From NCBI GenBank assembly GCA_965662175.1, contig CBFIGT010000021.1, positions 1 through 26,602 of the forward strand: a DNA stretch of 26,602 nucleotides. The letters are read 5' to 3'. The notes under the pieces were generated by a model. It did no database searches and was not told the origin of the DNA. It saw only the letters and a program-made list of their open reading frames with translations. The stretch comes from Arcobacter sp. (GTDB taxonomy: Bacteria; Campylobacterota; Campylobacteria; Campylobacterales; Arcobacteraceae). This document shows positions 17,378 to 25,616 of the stretch, piece by piece. Position numbers and translations under genes: made by a program. Position 1 is the first letter of the stretch. Each line of letters opens with the position of its first letter.

Positions 17378-18093
17378 ACAAGTATTTAGAAGATTTAGTA
17401 AAGTTATCAAAGTTTGATGGAAAGATTAGTTCTTATGAACCACAAATTGAGAATGAGAAAGAAAAATTAGCAACATTTGTAGAGATTGCTGAAGAGATTA
17501 AAAAGAACATAAATGAAATTTATGCTCAAATTGATGATGTAAAATCAAAAAGAACTAAAAACAATATTCACTTAGCAGAGTTAAAATCAAAATTAGATGA
17601 TATCTCTAAAAAAGGTGCCATTGTAAATACAGAAAAAGAGATAAAAGCTTTACAACTTGAAGAAGAGATTGCAAAAGAGCAAATTTCATTTGCAAATGAA
17701 GAGATTGAAAGACTTGATAAACTATCAGCTAATAAAGAAGAAGAGTTAAAAGAGTTACAAGAGAGATTAACTGAAGAAGAGAATGGAATAAAAGATTTAC
17801 AAGTAGCTGTTGATACTGCAATTGAAAATATCAGCAAAGAGAGAAATGTAATTTATCAAGAAAGAGCTGAATTATTAGCAAATTTTGATAATAAAATTTT
17901 AACTTTCTATGAAAAAATTAAAAGATGGGCTAAAGATACAGCTGTTGTTCCTGTTAAAAAACAAGCTTGTTATGGATGTTTTATGAAAATATCTGATCAA
18001 ACTTATGCAGAAATAATCAAATCTGACGAAATTATAAACTGCCCACACTGTGGAAGAATAATTTACAAAGAAGAAGAGACTCAAGAGGCTTAA
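17374..18093 (+). CDS. Coiled-coil C4 zinc-ribbon protein (DUF164; HP0958/FlgZ-like)
   Basis: Long coiled coil plus CYGC...CPHCGR; position between nif3 and waaA is conserved in Campylobacterota. Confidence 0.88.
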   Translation: MNKYLEDLVKLSKFDGKISSYEPQIENEKEKLATFVEIAEEIKKNINEIYAQIDDVKSKRTKNNIHLAELKSKLDDISKKGAIVNTEKEIKALQLEEEIAKEQISFANEEIERLDKLSANKEEELKELQERLTEEENGIKDLQVAVDTAIENISKERNVIYQERAELLANFDNKILTFYEKIKRWAKDTAVVPVKKQACYGCFMKISDQTYAEIIKSDEIINCPHCGRIIYKEEETQEA

Positions 18094-18095
18094 TA

Positions 18096-19247
18096 TTGAG
18101 CCTTTTTTCTCTTTTTTATTATGTAGTAGCACTTTTACTATATATTTTAGCACTCCCCTTTATTTTAATAAAGTCAAGAACTCCAAAATATAAAGATGCC
18201 TTACCTGCTAGATTTTTCCTAAAAAATAATAGCTCTTTTGAAGAATCAAAAGTTTGGTTCCATGTTTGTTCATTTGGTGAAACAAAAGCAATTAAACCAA
18301 TAGTAGATGCTTTAGATGATGAAGTTAATATTTCAGTAATAACTAATACAGGATTTGAAGAAGCAAAAAAATTATCTCCAAATGTTAGGTTTTTACCTTA
18401 TGAATTATTAATTCCTTTTTGGATTAGAAAACAAAAACTATTATTAGTTATGGAAGCTGAACTTTGGTATATGCTTTTTTTATATGCAAAATTAGAGAAA
18501 ACAAGAACTGTTTTAATAAATGCAAGAATAAGTGATAGATCTTATAAATCTTATAAAAGATTTTCTTGGGCTTATAAAAGAGTTTTTGCAAATATTGATA
18601 AGGTTTTTGCACAAAGTGAAGTTGATAAAAAAAGACTTGAAGAACTAGGTGCAAAAAATGTTGAAGTTATAGGAAATATAAAACTTGCAACACTACCAAA
18701 AATTACAAAAGAGTATAAAAAAGCTGATGATTTTTTAATAACAGCTGGAAGTACTCATGAAGAGGAAGAGGAGTTAATTTTAAACTCTTATGATAGAAGT
18801 TTAGGGAAGTTAGTAATTGTTCCAAGACATCCCGAACGATTTGATAAAGTAGAAGAGATTATTAAACTTTATGTAAAAAATAAAAATTTAACATATCATA
18901 GATTTTCTCAAAAAGATGATTTTTCTAGTGATATTATTTTAGTTGATGTGATGGGTGAGTTAAACAATATTTATGCAATCTCAGATGCTGTTATTTTAGG
19001 TGGAGCATTTGGAAATAAGTATGGTGGACACAATCCTATAGAGCCAGCTTTTTTTGGCTGTAGATTAATAAGTGGTGAAAATATTTTTAATCAAAAATCA
19101 CTTTTTGAGTGTGTAAATGATTATACTTTAGTTAATAAAAGTGAATTAAAAGATATAATGCAAAATATAAAATCACTAGAAAAATCCTCTTTAAAAGAGG
19201 TTGGAACAATAGAACCAATAATAAGGGAAATAAATGGAAGTAGATAA
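18096..19247 (+). CDS. waaA: 3-deoxy-D-manno-octulosonic acid (Kdo) transferase
   Basis: WFHVCSFGE, EAELW, INARISDRS, GSTHEEE, VPRHPERF, GGHNPIEP. TTG start. Confidence 0.95.
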   Translation: MSLFSLFYYVVALLLYILALPFILIKSRTPKYKDALPARFFLKNNSSFEESKVWFHVCSFGETKAIKPIVDALDDEVNISVITNTGFEEAKKLSPNVRFLPYELLIPFWIRKQKLLLVMEAELWYMLFLYAKLEKTRTVLINARISDRSYKSYKRFSWAYKRVFANIDKVFAQSEVDKKRLEELGAKNVEVIGNIKLATLPKITKEYKKADDFLITAGSTHEEEEELILNSYDRSLGKLVIVPRHPERFDKVEEIIKLYVKNKNLTYHRFSQKDDFSSDIILVDVMGELNNIYAISDAVILGGAFGNKYGGHNPIEPAFFGCRLISGENIFNQKSLFECVNDYTLVNKSELKDIMQNIKSLEKSSLKEVGTIEPIIREINGSR

Positions 19248-19983
19248 AGCATATAAAGTTTTAGCAAAACAAGAGAGAATTTCAAATGGTAAAGCTAAAG
19301 AGCTTATTGATAAAGGATTAGTAAAAGTTGGAAATAAAAAAGTTTTAATTGCAAGGGGAGATATCTCTGTTAATACAGTTTTTTCTGTAAAAGAAGTTGC
19401 ACCTATTAAAGTAATATTTCAAGATGATGACATCTTAGCTGTTGATAAACCGGCGTTTTTAACAGCAGATGAAATCTCTAAAAAATTTCCAAGTTATTTT
19501 TTACTAAATAGACTTGATAAAGAGACAAGTGGTGTAATGCTATTTGCTAAAAATGAAGAGTTTCAAAAAAGTGCAATTGCTGAATTTAAACATAATAGAG
19601 TTTATAAAGAGTATGTTGCTGTCGTTGAGGGTAAAGTTATTGAAGAAGAGATTATAGAAAAACCTATTTTAACTATTAAAAATAACAAAGGTGTTGCAAG
19701 AAGTAAAATTGATGCTAAAAAAGGTAAAAGTGCTACTACACGTGTTTATCCAATGTTAGTTGAGGGTAATAAATCTAAAATCAAAATTGTTATTGATACA
19801 GGTAGAACTCACCAAATTAGAGTACATTTAAATAGTATTGGATTACCTATTATTGGAGATACAGTTTATGGAAAACCATCATCTCATGTAAATAGAGTTT
19901 TACTTCATTCAAAAATTACAAAAATATTTGATTATGAGTTTGAAGCAAGAGTACCAAGAGAGTTTAATATCTACGGACTTTAA
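19234..19983 (+). CDS. RluA-family RNA pseudouridine synthase with N-terminal S4-like domain
   Basis: VDKP, NRLDKETSG catalytic Asp, TGRTHQIRVH, PIIGD..YG, LHS. Confidence 0.92.
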   Translation: MEVDKAYKVLAKQERISNGKAKELIDKGLVKVGNKKVLIARGDISVNTVFSVKEVAPIKVIFQDDDILAVDKPAFLTADEISKKFPSYFLLNRLDKETSGVMLFAKNEEFQKSAIAEFKHNRVYKEYVAVVEGKVIEEEIIEKPILTIKNNKGVARSKIDAKKGKSATTRVYPMLVEGNKSKIKIVIDTGRTHQIRVHLNSIGLPIIGDTVYGKPSSHVNRVLLHSKITKIFDYEFEARVPREFNIYGL

Positions 19984-19987
19984 TTAA

Positions 19988-20018
19988 TTTTTAAGGAAAT
20001 TAAATAATTCCTTAAAAA
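19988..20018. terminator. Inverted repeat / probable terminator at the end of the purE-pseudouridine synthase operon
   Basis: TTTTTAAGGAA (19988-98) / TTCCTTAAAAA (20008-18). AT-rich, with no clear U-tail on the plus strand. Confidence 0.45.
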
Positions 20019-20155
20019 TAAATATCCCGTAAAATAGGCATTTTAATATATAAATTCAAAATTTAAATATTAAGAATAACTTAAAAATAGTCAGATTAAA
20101 CTTACTTGAAGTTTATTTTTAGTACTATTTCGAAATTTCAGTTTGGAGAAGAGTT

Positions 20156-21511
20156 TTGTTTGATGTAATTACAGGTTCCATAAAAAGCGCAGTTAATAAA
20201 ATAAGATTTAAAGATGATGCTGCATCATTAAAAAAAGCAACAACAGAATTAAGAAAATCATTATTAAAAGCTGACGTACATCATAAAACAACAAAAGATT
20301 TAATTACAAATGTTGAGTTAAGAACTAAAGAGTTAGGAATAGGTCAAAATTCATTTCTAAAAGCTTTACAAGAGGGTTTAACAGATATATTAACAACAGA
20401 GGGAAGACAAGGTTTTATTTTCTCTAACACTCCTCCAACTACTGTTTTAATGACAGGTTTACAAGGAAGTGGTAAAACAACTACAACTGGAAAACTAGCA
20501 AACTATTTAAAACTAAGAAAGAAAAAAGTTCTTATTGCCGCATGTGACTTACAAAGATTAGCAGCGGTTGAACAATTAAAACAAATATCAGCTCAAATTG
20601 ATGTTGATTTATATTTTGATGATAATGAAAAAGACCCAATAAAAATAGCAAAAGCTGCTCAAGAAAAAGCAAAAAAAGAGCTTTATGATGTCTTATTAGT
20701 GGATACAGCAGGTCGTCTTGCTATTGATGAAGAGTTGATGAAGCAATTAGCTGATGTTAAAAATGCATTAAATCCAGATGAGATTTTTTATGTTGCTGAT
20801 TCATTAACAGGGCATGATGCTACAAGAACAGCAACTAGCTTTAAAGAACAAATTGGTATAGATGGTGTTATTTTATCAAAATTTGATGGTGATACAAAAG
20901 GTGGAGTTGCAATATCTTTAGCTTCACAAGTTGGAGTTCCATTAAGATTTATTGGTATTGGTGAAAAAATGCCTGATCTTGAGGTATTTATTCCTGATAG
21001 AATTGTATCTAGACTTATGGGTGCTGGGGATATTGAGGGACTTGCTGAAAAAACATCAGCTATTATTGATGAAAAGAAAGCAAAAGAAGTTCAAAAAAAG
21101 ATTAAAAAAGGTGAATTCAACTTTAATGACTTTTTAGAACAACTTCAAATGATGAGTAAATTAGGTTCTATGAAATCAATTTTAGGAATGATTCCTGGAA
21201 TGTCACAAATGGTTGGACAAATCAAAGATATGGATTTTGAGAACTCTGATGAGATTAAAAGAATTAAAGCCTTAATTGGATCTATGACTCCAAAAGAGAG
21301 AGAAGAACCAAGCTTATTAAATCCAAGCAGAAAGAAAAGATTAGCTAAGGGTTCAGGATTAACTGAAGTTCAAGTTAATAAGATTTTAAAACAGTTTAAA
21401 AGTGCTTCTAAGATGGCTAAAAAACTATCAAGCAAAGGTGGGATGAAAGGTTTAACAAACATGATGTCTCAGATGAAAGGTCCTGGCGGAATGCAGGGAC
21501 TTCCAAGATAA
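20156..21511 (+). CDS. ffh: Signal recognition particle protein Ffh
   Basis: GLQGSGKTTT, DTAGR, SKFDGDTKGG, Met-rich M domain with SMTPKER. Confidence 0.98.
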   Translation: MFDVITGSIKSAVNKIRFKDDAASLKKATTELRKSLLKADVHHKTTKDLITNVELRTKELGIGQNSFLKALQEGLTDILTTEGRQGFIFSNTPPTTVLMTGLQGSGKTTTTGKLANYLKLRKKKVLIAACDLQRLAAVEQLKQISAQIDVDLYFDDNEKDPIKIAKAAQEKAKKELYDVLLVDTAGRLAIDEELMKQLADVKNALNPDEIFYVADSLTGHDATRTATSFKEQIGIDGVILSKFDGDTKGGVAISLASQVGVPLRFIGIGEKMPDLEVFIPDRIVSRLMGAGDIEGLAEKTSAIIDEKKAKEVQKKIKKGEFNFNDFLEQLQMMSKLGSMKSILGMIPGMSQMVGQIKDMDFENSDEIKRIKALIGSMTPKEREEPSLLNPSRKKRLAKGSGLTEVQVNKILKQFKSASKMAKKLSSKGGMKGLTNMMSQMKGPGGMQGLPR

Positions 21512-21524
21512 ATTAAATAACACA

Positions 21525-21572
21525 TATAGTATTGAGTTGTAAACTTTCTAGAGTTTAGAATTCAATACTATA
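21525..21572. other. Long near-perfect hairpin between ffh and rpsP
   Basis: TATAGTATTGAGTT-G-TAAACT pairs with AGTTTA-G-AATTCAATACTATA (one G.G mismatch, one G.U). Confidence 0.65.
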
Positions 21573-21591
21573 AATTAAAAAAAGGAAAAAC

Positions 21592-21822
21592 ATGACAGTA
21601 ATTAGATTAACTAGAATGGGAAGAAACAAAAAACCATTTTACAGAATCGTTGTAACAGACTCAAGAAAAAGAAGAGATTCAGGATGGATTGAATCAATTG
21701 GATACTTTAACCCAGTAGCTGAGCCAAAAGTATTAAAAATTGATGAAGAGAGATATAACTATTGGTTAAGTGTTGGTGCAAAACCATCTGACAAAGTTAA
21801 AAAATTAGCTGAATCAAAATAG
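21592..21822 (+). CDS. rpsP: 30S ribosomal protein S16
   Basis: [34 protein letters not shown]. Confidence 0.98.
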   Translation: MTVIRLTRMGRNKKPFYRIVVTDSRKRRDSGWIESIGYFNPVAEPKVLKIDEERYNYWLSVGAKPSDKVKKLAESK

Positions 21823-21831
21823 TCAACTCCC

Positions 21832-22071
21832 ATGATTACTAATTTCATTGAAAGCTATACAAAGCTTATTGTAAGTAATCCAGAGGCAATAAAAGTATCA
21901 GAAGAGCAAATTGATGATACTTTTGTTGAAGTTACTATTAGTGCTGATTCATCTGATATTGGTAAACTAATTGGTAAAAATGGAAATATGATTAATGCTT
22001 TAAAAACTATTGCAAATGGTTGCAAAGCAAAAGATGGTATATCTTACAAGATACAAGTTATCGCAAACTAA
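21832..22071 (+). CDS. khpA: KH-domain RNA-binding protein (KhpA/UPF0109)
   Basis: DIGKLIGKNG GxxG loop; located between rpsP and rimM. Confidence 0.9.
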   Translation: MITNFIESYTKLIVSNPEAIKVSEEQIDDTFVEVTISADSSDIGKLIGKNGNMINALKTIANGCKAKDGISYKIQVIAN

Positions 22072-22080
22072 GAGTTAAAT

Positions 22081-22605
22081 ATGAATGAAATATATGTGGC
22101 AAAATTAGGTAAAAGTGTAGGTTTAAAGGGTGAAATGAAAATTTTCATAGATTCTGATTTTCCTGAACAGTTTACAAAAGGCGCTATATTTACTACTAAT
22201 CGAAAAATAAAGCTTACTGTAAAATCTTTTAATCCTACTAGAGAGAGTATCTGTTTTGAAGAGATTAATGATATAGATGAAGCTAAAAAACACACAAATC
22301 AAGAACTTTTTTCTACAATTGAGAATACAAAAGAGTCATGTACTCTTAACAATAATCAATATTTTTGGTTTGATATTATTTCATGCGAAATTTATGAAAA
22401 TGAGAACTTATTAGGCAAAATAATAGATATTCACCGATATCCAATTAGTGATTATTTAGAGATTAAAACTAATGATTTATTAGTAAGTCAAGGTTTACCT
22501 AAAGTTTTTTTACTACCTTATGAAGATAATTATATTTTGGATGTTGATATTAAAAATAAAAAAATCTCTGTAAAAGATGCAAAAGCTATTTTAGAAAATA
22601 GCTAA
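22081..22605 (+). CDS. rimM: Ribosome maturation factor RimM
   Basis: GKSVGLKGE, YFWFDII, FLLPY; synteny with rpsP. Confidence 0.93.
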   Translation: MNEIYVAKLGKSVGLKGEMKIFIDSDFPEQFTKGAIFTTNRKIKLTVKSFNPTRESICFEEINDIDEAKKHTNQELFSTIENTKESCTLNNNQYFWFDIISCEIYENENLLGKIIDIHRYPISDYLEIKTNDLLVSQGLPKVFLLPYEDNYILDVDIKNKKISVKDAKAILENS

Positions 22606-23834
22606 TAATTACATCTTTTATTGTACTCTTCTTGTGTGAAGTCATAGGCTTCAGCATCAATTTTTAAGTTATTTTTATACTCTTCTGTAATATTCAATCT
22701 CTCCATTTCATTATCAAATGGACCTACAAATATCTCTATTAGATTTTTATCATCTCTACAAAGATTAACTCTATTATCTATTTTTAAGATTTTATCTAAG
22801 AAAGATTTATATATATCTTTTTGATTTGTAGATATTTTTATTACTTTAACAAATGTTTTAAGCTCTTTTTTCTCCTCTTTAATAGTAGGGTTATTATCTA
22901 TTTCAGGCTCAACACTCACTTTTTCTATATTAGTAGTTTCAACCTTTTTCTCTTCTGTATTTTCAATGGCTACTTTAGTATCTAAAGTAGCATTTTGATT
23001 ATCTAACTCTTCTTCATTACTAATGTTGCTATTTTCTTCTACACTTGTATTTTCATCTTTTTGAACCATAGCTTCATCTGTTTTACTCTCTTCAGTATTT
23101 ATTTTATCCTCTGTTTCAATAACTTTATTAATTTCATTATCAATCTTAGCATCAACACTCATATTTGGATTTACAGGAGGAATAGTCTCTTCTAATCTTT
23201 TTCTTTCAGCCTCTTTTATCTTCTCAATTTGAGCTTGTCTTTCAGCTTCTAATTGTCTTTTAGCCTCTAAGTATAGTTTCTCTTTCTCTTCAGCTTTTTG
23301 AGCTTCCACGGCACTATTTTCAACTATTTCATATTTTGTTAATAGATTTAATTTTTTATTTAATCTATTTGCATCAATATCTTTTGTATCGAATTTATAC
23401 TCATCTTTTTGAACTTTTGTTTCTTGCTCTTGTGGCTCCACTTTAACAGGTTCTGGATCAAAAAAACCTGTAAAATATAGAACTGTACCAAGTAAAACTA
23501 TAGAAAAAAGAATGGCTAGAATTATAATTAAGATTTTGTGTAGTTTACTTTGTTTTTTTTGAACACCTGTTTTTTCATCTTCAATTTCTAAATTCTCTAT
23601 CTCTTCACTTTGTGAAGAGTCTGTTTGCTCATTATTTAAATTAATATCATCGACAGCTGTTATTTCATCATTTGGGTTAGGTTCAAGCTCTTCTATTAGT
23701 TTTTCATCATCAATTGAATCTTTTTCAGAATCATTATCTAATTTTTCTGATGATTTATTTTCCTCTTCTAAACCTAAATTTTGCATTGTTTCTTCTAAGA
23801 TTTCTGCTTCAGTTTTTTCTTGATTTTCTGCCAT
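22602..23834 (-). CDS. Hypothetical bitopic membrane protein: acidic N-terminus, one TM helix (aa ~101-121), coiled coil, acidic linker, C-terminal SPOR-like domain
   Basis: Hydrophobic stretch ILIIILAILFSIVLLGTVLYF after KKQSKLHK; C-terminal IFVGPF motif; two Cys in the C-terminal domain. Confidence 0.65.
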   Translation of the reverse strand: MAENQEKTEAEILEETMQNLGLEEENKSSEKLDNDSEKDSIDDEKLIEELEPNPNDEITAVDDINLNNEQTDSSQSEEIENLEIEDEKTGVQKKQSKLHKILIIILAILFSIVLLGTVLYFTGFFDPEPVKVEPQEQETKVQKDEYKFDTKDIDANRLNKKLNLLTKYEIVENSAVEAQKAEEKEKLYLEAKRQLEAERQAQIEKIKEAERKRLEETIPPVNPNMSVDAKIDNEINKVIETEDKINTEESKTDEAMVQKDENTSVEENSNISNEEELDNQNATLDTKVAIENTEEKKVETTNIEKVSVEPEIDNNPTIKEEKKELKTFVKVIKISTNQKDIYKSFLDKILKIDNRVNLCRDDKNLIEIFVGPFDNEMERLNITEEYKNNLKIDAEAYDFTQEEYNKRCNY

Positions 23835-23836
23835 TT

Positions 23837-24262
23837 TTACTCTTTAGATAATTTTCTATTTTGTTTTTGTTTGCTTAAAATTTTGTGTTTGTTCTCTTCA
23901 TAATATTTCTTTCTATACTCTCTTAACTCTTCTTTTTTCTTTTCTCTATACTCTTTATCATATTGAAGACGTTTCTCTTTGTTCTCTTCATAATACTCTT
24001 TTTTTCTATCTCTATATTCATTGATTTTTTTTACAATTTTTTCTTTTCTACTATCAACATGAGATTTTTGTTTTTTAATAATCTCTTTGATTTTTAAATC
24101 AAAATTCTCAACATTTAAATCATCTTCATAATCATAAATTACTTTAGATGCACCACTTTGTTTCTCTTTTTCTTGCTTCTTCTTTAAGTAGTATTCTCTT
24201 TTTTTCTTTTTATGTGCTGAAAAATTCTCTTCTCTAAGTTTTTTTAATTGTTCTAAATCCAT
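23837..24262 (-). CDS. Hypothetical highly charged helical protein with 15-aa repeats
   Basis: K/E/R/Y-rich; KKEYYEENKEKRLQY / DKEYREKKKEELREY / RKKYYEENKHKILSK. Tightly packed between flgG and the next gene. Confidence 0.65.
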   Translation of the reverse strand: MDLEQLKKLREENFSAHKKKKREYYLKKKQEKEKQSGASKVIYDYEDDLNVENFDLKIKEIIKKQKSHVDSRKEKIVKKINEYRDRKKEYYEENKEKRLQYDKEYREKKKEELREYRKKYYEENKHKILSKQKQNRKLSKE

Positions 24263-24277
24263 GCTATTCTAAATTAA

Positions 24278-25069
24278 CTATGATCTTTTCAATGAGTTTA
24301 CAGTACTTAACATACTATCTGTAGTTTGAATAGATTTTGAATTTGCTTCATAAGCACGTTGAGCTGTTATTAAATCAATCATTTCATTAACTAAAGCAAC
24401 ATTTGACATCTCTATCATTCCCTGTCTTAAACCCCCAAACTGCTCTTCAGTTGGATTACCCTCAATTGGATCTCCTGAGGCAGTTGATACTTTAAATAGT
24501 GTTTCTCCAATTGGAGCTAATCCTGCTGGATTTATAAAATCAGCAAGTGTAATTTGTCCTAACTCTTCTTCAAGACCTGTTGCTGGATTTGTAGCTGTAA
24601 CAAGTCCACTTTGTGCAATGTTAATATTTAAATAATTGTCAGGTATTACAATCTCAGGGTCTAATAAATATCCACTTCCATTTACTATTGAACCTTCATT
24701 ATTTACTTTAAAACCACCATTTCTAGTATATGCTGTATCACCATCTGGCATTGTTAATTTAAAAAATCCATCACCCTCAATTGCTATATCTAGTACATTT
24801 CCTGTAGTTTGAATATCACCTTGAGTAAATGATTTTTGAATTCCTGAAATTTTAACACCAAGACCTACGTCAATACCTGTTGGATTTGTTGTATTATCAC
24901 CTGTTCGTCCACCTGTATAATTTAATCTTTCATACATTAAATCTTGGAATTCAGCTCTATCTTTTTTGAAACCAGCTGTATTTACATTGGCAATATTATT
25001 TGAGGTAACATCAATTTGATGTTGTTGTGCATTCATTCCGGTTGCTGCTGTGTATAAACCTCTAATCAT
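24278..25069 (-). CDS. flgG: Flagellar basal-body distal rod protein FlgG
   Basis: SNNIANVNTAGFKK..AEFQDL, YTRNG, EMSNV, ITAQRAYEANSK; 263 aa. Confidence 0.95.
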   Translation of the reverse strand: MIRGLYTAATGMNAQQHQIDVTSNNIANVNTAGFKKDRAEFQDLMYERLNYTGGRTGDNTTNPTGIDVGLGVKISGIQKSFTQGDIQTTGNVLDIAIEGDGFFKLTMPDGDTAYTRNGGFKVNNEGSIVNGSGYLLDPEIVIPDNYLNINIAQSGLVTATNPATGLEEELGQITLADFINPAGLAPIGETLFKVSTASGDPIEGNPTEEQFGGLRQGMIEMSNVALVNEMIDLITAQRAYEANSKSIQTTDSMLSTVNSLKRS

Positions 25070-25099
25070 AGAAAATCCTTTTGGGAATAGTATTTAATC

Positions 25100-25188
25100 A
25101 TTATATTTAAAGAAATTTTAAATTCAGATAAATTTAAATTATTATTTTTTGGCTATTAAGAGTAAATTTAAAACAAATTATATATAAT
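25100..25188. promoter_or_regulatory. Divergent putative sigma70 -10 boxes for flgG (minus, 25105-25100) and cheY (plus, 25183-25188)
   Basis: TATAAT about 30-35 nt upstream of each ATG. The very AT-rich context limits specificity. Confidence 0.4.
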
Positions 25189-25223
25189 GTATAAAAATTT
25201 TAAACTTTATAAAAGGTGTATAG

Positions 25224-25592
25224 ATGAAAATACTAATAGTTGATGATAGTTCTACTATGAGAAGAATTATCGGAAATGTTGTTATGCAACTTGGAATTGA
25301 AAAAGAGAGTTTTGATGAAGCGGAAGATGGCTTAAAAGCTTGGAATATGTTATCAAACAAGCAGTATGACGTAATTTTAACTGACTGGAATATGCCAAAT
25401 ATGAATGGTTTAGAGCTAGTTAGAAAAGTAAGAGGTGAGGGAAATCACAAAAATACGCCAATAATAATGATTACAACAGAGGGTGGTAAAAGTGAGGTTA
25501 TAACCGCATTAAAGGCAGGTGTTAACAACTATATTGTAAAACCATTCAACGCTGAAATATTAAAAGATAAATTAGATGGTGTTTTAAAGTAA
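25224..25592 (+). CDS. cheY: Chemotaxis response regulator CheY
   Basis: Single receiver domain: VDDSSTMRRI, TDWNMP, ITTEG, YIVKPF; adjacent to a cheZ-like gene. Confidence 0.92.
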   Translation: MKILIVDDSSTMRRIIGNVVMQLGIEKESFDEAEDGLKAWNMLSNKQYDVILTDWNMPNMNGLELVRKVRGEGNHKNTPIIMITTEGGKSEVITALKAGVNNYIVKPFNAEILKDKLDGVLK

Positions 25593-25616
25593 AAACCTAT
25601 TAGAAAAGGCATGAGT

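Noticed and set aside
19984..20155. Possible SRP RNA or other ncRNA upstream of ffh
   Set aside because: The spacer is very AT-rich with no SRP domain IV-like motif or GC-rich stem.
10702..22295. Short ORFs 10702-10923, 13236-13460, 15599-15805, 17568-17837, 17899-18153, 18448-18654, 20952-21137, 22068-22295
   Set aside because: They overlap conserved genes on the opposite strand or in another frame; no independent evidence of coding.
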